A stretch of 64,000 nt of DNA from Penicillus capitatus (Eukaryota; Plantae; Chlorophyta): assembly GCA_965649825.1 (NCBI GenBank), contig OZ287700.1, forward strand, positions 372,001 through 436,000. The letters run 5' to 3'. A program made the position numbers and the translations under genes. The notes below the pieces were generated by a model that did no database searches, was not told the origin of the DNA, and was given only the letters and a program-made list of their open reading frames with translations. Position 1 is the first letter of the stretch; every line of letters starts with the position of its first letter. Shown here piece after piece: positions 1 to 8,845 of this stretch.

Positions 1-7
1 CTGGAAG

Positions 8-1128
8 CTATTGAAATATTTCTGAGCATACTGCTGGTGCTCCCAGTCGAGGTGATGCATCTGGTGCCAACGATCTATGATCGCACTGTATCTGGCATAG
101 AGTCCTGACATCAAAGATAGAGCTCAGATGTGGACGTCTCTGCAGGTAAGGAGTGCCTGATAAGGTCGCTGCCAGAAAGGTCCAGAAACACGTTTCGGCG
201 GCACAGATCGAGAAAGATGTGCCTGTTATGGCTCCTATGCTCGCTCCAAGTCCACCTCCCAATAGAGATGCCGCCAGACGCGTCTTCTGTGGACTGTAAT
301 GCCTTTCTCCGAGAACGCGCCCGTCTGCCGTTCCTCCGATCATCGTCTGAAACTTGATCTCTGTCAGCTCGCCTCCTGTTGTGTACGATCGCGAGAAGGT
401 ATAGTCCAGGAGATAGGAAGGAAAGAAATAAAGGCGTGCCTTCCTGGACAACACCTAGACATCGGGATTCAGGCCAAGGCATCGATCGTGGCATCCACCT
501 GAACAGTAAGATGCAGTCCATCGATACTCGAAGCGCCCGTTGTGCTTTTGAGGTGATCCTCTATCTGCTGCTCCTTGAGCTTTCGAATATTCCTCAGTGC
601 AAGTTCCCATGCCATGCCTTGGCGCATCTTGGGAGCATCGATCGGTGTTCCGTGGAAAGAATGGTGGAGCGGGCGAATCTGACCGCACGTTTCCGGGATG
701 GTCTGGGTTTTGATGGCGTCCGGAAAATCACGCCGATGCTTAAACGAGGCATAGACTTGCATTTCGGGATGCTGAAAGGAAAAGCGTTCCTTCGGCAGTG
801 TTCCTTCGAAAAGGGTGGCTTTCTGATCATTCTGATTCTCTGCTGAGTGCGAAGATGTGGCAGCATAGGAGAAACTCAAATCCGCCTCAAAGCACCAGAA
901 AGGAAAGTAGACCGAGCGCAGGACCAGATTCTCTGAGTCTGCGAGATTCGAGGGAGCCAACCACGCCGTACGGTGCCATGCATTGAACTTGTCTTTCGCC
1001 TCTCGCTCCGTCAGGCCGAACGGAACGACGGAGGCCGTTCCGCGGTAGACCGAATCGCCAGAACGCGAGGAATAGAGACGCGTGCGCAACAGACATTCCA
1101 AGACGCGCCGCGTCTGTGCCGGACGCAT
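8..1128 (-). CDS. Conserved hypothetical protein, probably organelle-targeted; 3' end near or beyond the window start
   Basis: ORF 469..1275 (YFPFWCF, YASFKHRRDF, AWELALR) joins ORF 8..454 in frame via a 44-nt GT-AG intron (498-455). Likely ATG 1128 gives an Arg-rich transit-like N-terminus. The C-terminal part is hydrophobic and Gly-rich. Confidence 0.55.
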
Positions 1129-1189
1129 GGCCAGTGAACACAGTGAAGCGACCACATTACAGGAGCTCGTCGATGTGACGTGCGACACT

Positions 1190-3663
1190 TCATTGGCGAA
1201 TGCGTCCGCTACGCGCAAACGCGTTGCGCTTCGCCTTGCGTCGCAGAGTCTCGCAGCGTCGTCCATAGAAATCACGCTCCCCTTGCAGCAGCTTCACGGT
1301 CCTTTCGAATTGCTGAGTCTCTTGCTGTGATTGCTCCAAGGCCGCGTGCACATAACGCACTTCCGAATACAGATCCTCCACGTTCTGTTCCAAACGTGCC
1401 TTGACGTGCAACGCCGAACGGAGACGGATTTCGGCCTCTTTCGCCGCGTTTTTCCATTTCTCCGTCGCTTTCTCGAGAGAGCCGACAGTCAAGTGGAGAT
1501 TGCCGTTTTCAGACGCCAGATGCGTGACGTGTTCCTTATAGTCCTTTGTCTCTTGCTGATGCTGAGATGCAATACACTCAAGGCGACGGGCAATGTTGAC
1601 GATCTCGTCTCTTCTCTTGTACTGAAGCGTCTCTTTCTCTTCGACGACAGTCATCGCCTCTCCCACCCGTTGTTGCATCGACTCGAATGCTTTGGCAACG
1701 CGTGTGTCCATTTCTGCCAATCGCTTGCGGTGTTTGTCAACCAACGACGTTATTTGGTGCTGGAGCTTCCCCACCCGTACGGCGTGACTCGCGCGTTCGC
1801 CCTCGACTCCATCTCTGAAGGTCGAGATCTCGTGCTCCAAACGTCTGGCCTCCATCTCCGTTTTCTGTCTCTCCCGTTGGTTCTCGCCGAGCTGACGTTT
1901 CAAATCCTCTATCTCACCCTGACGGCACTTTTTAGTATGGTGTGCGTTGAAAAGAAGACAGACATTGCACTGCACCATACTGTCGTCCATCGATCTCTTC
2001 AGCGCGTTGTATTTGCTTTTCCATGATTCCACGTCGTCCATCGCCGTCAGTCGTTCGAATTCGAGTTTCTGGATCTTGTCTAGCTCAGCCAAGGATGACA
2101 CCGAGATGCCCGTCAGAGAAGAGCAGATCTGCGACGACGTCATGGACGATACGAGTTGCTCAACGCGCCTCTCTAGTAGCGCTTTCTCGTGGGACAGTCC
2201 TTGAATCTCCATATTCGCCTTCGAGACCTGCCCTTCATGTTTCCCATGATTCCATGACAGGCGAAACTGCGCCGCCGACCTCACTGCGCAGCAGACGTTC
2301 AGTCGTTTCGTGTCGAGTGGCCGTTTCTGTTGCCTCGTCCACTCGAAGTTTCCATTCGGCCTCGAGCGCCAACGAGATTTCGTCACGCTGTTGCGCGACT
2401 TTATGCAACAACTCGTTCAATTGCCTGGCCATTTCGGCCTCTTTCCTCTTTGCGAGGTCGCAGTCGTGCTGTGCCCTTTCGGAAATTTCCGTCGCTTCTT
2501 GGATCTGATCCAATCTCTACGAGCGCAGCACGCCGTGGGAAGTGCGTGCTGTCAAAGGCACCCGACCTGCTGTTCGATCGACTCAAGTTCGCGACATCTG
2601 CACTCTGTTTGCTCAAGAACGTTTGTCAGATGCTCCACTTGCATCTCGGCTTCTTCTCTATCATGCGCGGACGCTTCTTTCAAACGCATTTCATTCTCCA
2701 AAGCCCCCTGCGTACGTCGAAGCCTCACTCGATCCCAAGAACGACAGGTATGCCTTAAGATCTGCGTTGGAAGCGTGGAGGTTCTCCAATTCTAACCGCA
2801 AGTCATCCACTGTCTTGTCCAAATGTCTATTCTCCTCGTTCACAACATTCAAATCTGTCTTCATCTTCTGTAGCTCGATCTCTGTCGCTTCTCTAGACGA
2901 CATCCACTCTTTCTTCTCCAATTGCAAAACTTCAAGCGAGGCCTCCGCCTTCGAGCATCGCTCTTTCATTTCCGAGAAGGCGTTCTGAACGCACAAGATG
3001 GACGACCTTTCACATCTCTCCACTGTCCCGGATCACCTTCTGCTGGTGGAGATCACTCTGAAGGATTTGAAACTTTGAGTAGATATCCTCGTTCGTCTCT
3101 TTCAGTGTCTGAACCGTTTTCTTGTGGTACCGATTCTCGTCCTCCAATTCCGAGAGGTTCTGTGTGAGACCGCGGTTCAAAGCTTCGACTCTTTCGTTCT
3201 CCATGACGAGAATTTCGACCTTTCCTTGTAAACTGTGCGCTTCGTCATTGTCTCGAATCTCTCTTTCGGTCGCGTCGACTGCCTCTTTGGTCACTCTTGC
3301 GAGAGACTGGCGCAATTCTGTACACAGTTCTCTCTCACTTTCCTCCTGTAACGATCTTCACGTCAAGAGGATGGCTTTCAAGAGACAAACCTCTTCATAA
3401 AGTGACCCTTCGTCTTGAGCTCCGTCAGTGACGGTCCACGTTAGTTCGTTCTGCCATGACGGCGACGACTTCGGCGTGACTCCTGCGTCCGTCGTGAACA
3501 GCGTGTTTGTTTTGGCGTCATCTGTTCTACCTTTGTTCGGCAATGTCTGTACAAGATCTGCTTGACGGTCGTCTGTTTTGGCCCCCTCTTGACTCGTCGT
3601 TTGTTGCCGCCTGCCAAAAGAGCCAAAAATCTTCAAAGGACCGCTGCTATTCTTCGCTCTCAT
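1190..3663 (-). CDS. Long coiled-coil protein, multi-exon, function unknown
   Basis: Consecutive E/K/L/R/Q-rich heptad-like ORFs (3358..3681, 3010..3315, 2691..3023, 2235..2513, 1190..2386) separated by short intron-like gaps. Exon boundaries approximate. Confidence 0.6.
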
Positions 3664-4351
3664 CTTTCGTCGACTTTCCAATCTTCTGTTGTTTTTCGAC
3701 GATGATCATGGACTTCTGAGACCTCTTTCGGTCGTTTGTCTCTCTGTCACTTCTTCTCGTCACATTTCGTTATCTTCTTCGACCTCTGGTCACGTCCACA
3801 GAGCAGCGGCGGCAATTTATACGGATGCAATGAGGACGATACGTGTTTAGTGCTTACGAGCGAGTGAAGATTTCGTTGAAAACCTGTCGCATCGCATGTG
3901 GGAGAGCTTTTTTGTGTAACACTGAAATGGAAAAAGTGACGTCCCTCTTCCGTAAGCAGATTGATGCTACTCTGCGGCTCCGTTCTCTTATCTTCGTTGT
4001 CCGACCTTCACCAACGCACGATCTTACTCATCTTGCATTTCAAGGTCCACACAGCAGCTGTTAACAGAAGAGCCACCATTTCAGTACGGCGCACGCCGTC
4101 GTTCTCGAACCAAAAATACAGAACGGCCTTCTCAAGAAAACAAACGCAAACAGATGTCATTCCTCCGCCGTTCGTCAAAAGCATTGACTCCGAGAGAAAA
4201 CCTCATCTCAACTGCACACCTCGGCGAAGGAAAGCCTCTCGCAATGCCGCATGCCGATATGCTCTCTGCTTTACATTCCATCGTAGCAACCAAGGCGATC
4301 CGACACATGTCGATAAATGACAAACGCCAAATGGCGATTGCTTAAGGTACC

Positions 4352-5439
4352 TCACTCTTTTATCTCATGTTTTTTCAGCAAACGCGCCGACTTACGCAAT
4401 GGCGATGTCTCTTCACGTTGCAAGGGACCGGATCGTTTGCAACCGTGAAGTCTTGTTAAGCCTGTCATCTCCTCCTCCTCTTTTTTGGGCACTTCGATGT
4501 TGATCGTCGTCTCTTTTTTCACTTCGGTTTTTACCTCGCGCTTGATCTTCTTCTTGCTCACCTCTTCTGCCTCGCTCACCTCCGCCTTCTCTTGACGTCT
4601 TTTCTTCGTTCTCTTAGTGGGCGTAAAGAAAGCGTCCAGTCCTTTCTTGCGAATATCCTTATAGCATTCCTCTCCTTGAAAACGCACGTTGCCCATCTTC
4701 TCTGTCACAGGATGGTACAGAAGATCTTCGCCGTTGTAAGGTTTCAGCAATGCTTCGAGTCTTTTCCATTCCACTTCTTCTCGACTCAACCACAGATCAA
4801 CGGACGCCTCATCTGGAAGCAGCACCGGCATTCGATCGTGCAACCATCGAAGCTTTGCACTCGCGTCTGTCGTCACAATCGACACGGTATACAACAGCTC
4901 ACCCGCATCTAAACAAGATTTCACTCTCACATCTATTATGAGACAGGACGTACCGTCCCATGTGTCGTACAATGCGGCGAAATTGACAAGATAGTCTTCG
5001 CCGAGATGAATATAGTAAGGCTGCTTTTTCTTGGAGCTCTCTTTGTGCCATTCGTAGAATCCATTCATAACCACGACGCAACGTTTGGAAGAGAGCAGTC
5101 GACGAAAGACAGGACTCTCTTTCACTCGTTCGGATCGTGCATTGATCATTCGATAGTGATTGAGTGGCGATCCTTTCTTTGTGAAGGACGGAACCAATCC
5201 CCATCTGAAGCGCGGGCTCCATTAGACGCTCCGCTGCTGTAAGGGAGCGAACGAACATACTTCATGCTCTGCAAAATGCGAGGGGCTTCGTTAGCACAGC
5301 GCAGAACAGGCAGCCATCCTGTTGGCGCCATATTGTATCGAGGCTGGTACCGCTCACGGTCGCGCCATTGATGTTGTGGTATACGAAGATGAAACTCGAT
5401 TTCTTCCGGAGCCGAAGAACACCTTCCGCGACCACACAT
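4352..5439 (-). CDS. HMCES: SRAP-domain abasic-site processing protein (HMCES/YedK family)
   Basis: N-terminal MCGR (catalytic Cys2), RYNMAPT, WGLVP after an intron, INARSE, GFYEW, HDRMPV. C-terminal PIP-box-like KKGLDAFF and a K/E-rich tail. Confidence 0.9.
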
Positions 5440-5660
5440 CGTCTACTTGCTTAATGGCTTCATTTCCATCCGTTGTACGTGTCGTTGCTTTCGGCGCGAT
5501 GGATATTCACAATCTAGCCAAGGTACTCGAAGCCAATGCGCCATCCTGTATCCGAGAGACGCGAATCGAAGACTACTTCGATCGGCGCGTCACCTCGATG
5601 AGCAGGATGCCAAAGGACACAGCGATCATTAACAGCACCCATTTCACGAAGATGAAGCAA
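5438..5660 (+). pseudogene. FEN1: FEN1 5' remnant joined to FEN1 downstream flank (about 1.2 kb deleted)
   Basis: 5438-5591 matches the reverse complement of ~62292-62447 ([30 protein letters not shown] vs [30 protein letters not shown]). It then continues directly into sequence matching ~61030-61103. Confidence 0.9.
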
Positions 5661-5719
5661 TGAGCCCTCTCCGTGATTTTCGAATAATGTGTCCCCTGTC
5701 GACTTTTTAGCTGGTCTGC

Positions 5720-5787
5720 CTCGTCCGCAAGCCAGGAGGAGTGAGTAACTCGTCCGCAAGCCAGGAGGAGTGAGTAACTCGTCCGCA
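5720..5787. repeat. 29-bp tandem repeat, about 2.3 copies
   Basis: ctcgtccgcaagccaggaggagtgagtaa at 5720 and 5749, partial third copy at 5778. Confidence 0.9.
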
Positions 5788-7107
5788 GGTTCTTCTCATA
5801 CTCATTTTCTGATAGAGTGCTCACAATCGATCGACTCTTCTTGACAGCTCCGCAGTTATGTGTCGCCATGTCTAAGGTTAAAAATGCAGTGACTCAAATT
5901 CGGGTAAAGGAATGGATCGTTACAATCTTCTGCTTCATTAAACATCTACTGTCTTCATAGTCTACATGTCGTGTGTTGTCACGTGGTGAGGACAAGAATC
6001 TGCAGCGTGGGCATGAATTTGCAGAATGAGTGAATTATTAGAACATTGAACGTTGTTTAAGAACATTCCTTTTTAAGAATGACCTTCTTACTTGTGCTCG
6101 AGATCGTGGATCACGCTATGCGTGACACTAGCCTACACATGTGTAATTATAAGACTCTCCAAAGGGCCGCGATCTGACAGGGATAAGCTTTTAATCTGTT
6201 TCCCATTACTTACCATTACTGCACTTCTTCCATGATCTGTGCGTAAACGCGAAAATAAAATAGAATGAAGCCCCGTCGTCTTATGCAGAACCGAAATTCT
6301 CGAGACCGCAAAGTGCACGGGCGCACATGGTGTGTCTGTCTGTGCGTATTTGATCAGCAAAACATCATTCGAAAATACGATTGTGGAAGAGAACGACCGC
6401 CTTTCGGTGGCGCTGGCAGCTAGGATGCAACTCCGCATCCCACTAGAGGGTCAATGACGATCGAAACCTTCGGCCTCGAGCTCTGTGCATTCTGTACTTG
6501 AACAATAAAGCCGGTAGCGTCCTCCGCAAAAGAAGAGACACCTTCCTTGCAAACGTTCTCTCCGACGAGATAAAACTAACGAATAGAGAAAAGACCGCGA
6601 CCTTCTCTGCATTGCATTGAGAAGCAACGAATCCAAGTGCAAGATCCTTTACGTACACGACTGTGCAAGAAACAAAGCGGAGCAAACAACTATGCATCAA
6701 AGAAATTTCGCAACTCAGACATTCGTGGCGAGAGCGTGATAGTCGCTGAAGCATTGCGGTGTGATGTCCATCCAATATAAGATACAGACAATCTAGTCGA
6801 CAAACAGATGTAGACTTAGCGTCATCCAGAGCGGAAGATATTTCCACTTAGCGAAAGGCTTCATCATTTACGACAATTGACGTGATTGCGTGAACAATAG
6901 TTCGCAAAGAGGTAATATGCAAATGCATTTGTTCAACAACGAAGTCGTTAGAGAATCTACGTAGAGCATCTTTACTCCCGAGAAAGCCTTTTTTTCTGAT
7001 ATTCATGTAAACTTTTAACATGAGTTAGTTGCCTTTCATAGAAAACAGACACCGTGTGCTCAGATTGCGCAATACAAGCGGGTTTGTAATGATAAACAAA
7101 GGATGAC

Positions 7108-7249
7108 TGTAGAAAGCGGATATCGGTCGAAAGGGACGAGGTCACATCATGAGTTTAAATGGTGATGCGTGAACCACTGTTGTAGCACTTTCGACAGACG
7201 CTAAGATCTTTTGTAAGACGAACTCGTTTCTGCTTACGGACGTTTAACA
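7108..7249 (+). repeat. 5' LTR of element 1
   Basis: tgtagaaagc...gtttaaca, identical to 11761-11902. Confidence 0.97.
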
Positions 7250-8085
7250 TGGTTTCGGAGCGCGAATTTTTGACGACGGATAGAGGAGATGTCGAGACAG
7301 CTCTTAACGCGGCTGCCATGGTGGCCGACGGATACAGGGCTAGGGTAAGTAAAGTTATGGAGAAGGTGGAGGTCGGCTCGCCCGTCTTTGAGCTGATGCG
7401 CCAGGTCATAGACCGCGCGGAACCTCATTTCTCCGATAAGGATGCTTTCAACACCGCGTTCGTCGGGAGAGCAGCAGCCGTGATGAACTGTTTCCCGGCC
7501 AACAAGGCAGCGATTGGAGAGACGGAAAAGTGGCAGGTGTTTAAGATGGGCCTTCTGAGCTTATGCTCGAATGCAGGGGCCTCCTCTGGCGAAAAACTTG
7601 CCTCTGCATCAAAGAGGAAAACGGAGACGTGGCTGCAATTTGCAGAGAGGTTCAGCGTTTTAGCCGTCCAATCGGGACTTCCACGTGAGATGCAGATAAG
7701 GACACTTTTTAGAAAGCTTCCGACTCAGTTAAGAAGGGCAATTGCAAGTTTGCCTACAAACACTACCATACAGGAGATGGTATTGATGATACGAAACGTG
7801 ACGTTTTGGACGGGTTCATCAGCAGCATCAGAGATTGACAAGGAGGCGATGGATATCGATGCTGTGGACATGGAGCTTGGTGGGGACTTGACGGACGTCA
7901 ACGCTTTGGGAAGGGGAATGCCCCTACGCGAACTTTGCGATGCGATGAGGGGAGAGCTATCCAGAAATCCGCGTTTTTCCGGCATTATGGAAGAGATTTT
8001 GGGACAGTGGCGCCAGCGTGGTCCGACCGGACAACAGCGGGGGTGCGTCTGGACAACAGCGAGGACCGAGGCGTGCCGGTCCTAG
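7249..8085 (+). CDS. gag: Gag of element 1 (continues in +1 frame near 8040)
   Basis: ATG overlaps the LTR end and PBS. Homologous to the Gag of element 2, including the AMDID motif. Confidence 0.85.
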   Translation: MVSEREFLTTDRGDVETALNAAAMVADGYRARVSKVMEKVEVGSPVFELMRQVIDRAEPHFSDKDAFNTAFVGRAAAVMNCFPANKAAIGETEKWQVFKMGLLSLCSNAGASSGEKLASASKRKTETWLQFAERFSVLAVQSGLPREMQIRTLFRKLPTQLRRAIASLPTNTTIQEMVLMIRNVTFWTGSSAASEIDKEAMDIDAVDMELGGDLTDVNALGRGMPLRELCDAMRGELSRNPRFSGIMEEILGQWRQRGPTGQQRGCVWTTARTEACRS

Positions 8086-8845
8086 GAGACCTCCAGGAGG
8101 GCGACAATTCCAAGGGAACTGTTATCAGTGTGGAGAACATGGACACTCGGCTAAGTTCTGTCCGTATCGAGTCACACAAGTTCGAGAGGCTCAGCCAGTA
8201 CATACGGAAAACCGTTTTGAAGCACTGGCGTCTTTTGACGAAGACGAAAGGGAGGTAGAGTCTGCTTCAGTGCTTTCTGTGGGATTGAAAGGAAAGGAAC
8301 CCACACAGAGAGAAAGTAGTGTGGCGACACCATCAAGGAGTCAATGTCAGAAAAACGAGGGATGCAAAAGCCAGAACCACGCAAAAGTGACGGAACGGGA
8401 CAGGAATGTTAAGTTCATTAATTACCCCAGAGTAGAAGAGGCATCACAAGACAAACCAGTCAAGTCACGTACATCTCTCAAAGTGACGACCTACCTTGCG
8501 AATCGCCCAGAAAAGGAACAAGCTTTGGTGGATACGGGCGCAGAAGTTTCTCTCTTGCCTTTAGACTACTGTCAGCGCTGGGGTCTGAAGGTCAGGCGTC
8601 TCGAGAACACACGTCTCCGCGGCTTCAATAACACCGTCAGTCAAGTGACGGGCGAGGTAGTTCTACCCACCCGCATTGGAGGTTGGAATCAGGCCATCGC
8701 ATACTACGTGACGAATGCCACTAATAAAGTGATCATTGGTTATTCTGCATTGAAACAGTTTGGGCTCATGGTGGACTGCGCCAATGATTGTTTGTTGGGC
8801 GAGGATGGACATGTCGTCTTTTGCCGCTCTGTTTCGTCAAACTAG
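8018..8845 (+). CDS. Gag zinc knuckle plus aspartic protease of element 1
   Basis: CYQCGEHGHSAKFC (CCHC) and ALVDTGAEVSLL. Confidence 0.9.
   Translation: MVRPDNSGGASGQQRGPRRAGPRRPPGGRQFQGNCYQCGEHGHSAKFCPYRVTQVREAQPVHTENRFEALASFDEDEREVESASVLSVGLKGKEPTQRESSVATPSRSQCQKNEGCKSQNHAKVTERDRNVKFINYPRVEEASQDKPVKSRTSLKVTTYLANRPEKEQALVDTGAEVSLLPLDYCQRWGLKVRRLENTRLRGFNNTVSQVTGEVVLPTRIGGWNQAIAYYVTNATNKVIIGYSALKQFGLMVDCANDCLLGEDGHVVFCRSVSSN

Noticed and set aside
1331-2026. 231-aa + strand ORF and other long antisense ORFs over the coiled-coil gene
   Set aside because: Antisense shadows of a biased E/K/Q-rich coding strand; no motifs.
5720-5787. 29-bp direct repeats as a CRISPR array
   Set aside because: Repeats are adjacent with no spacers, only about 2.3 copies, no cas genes, and the context is eukaryotic.
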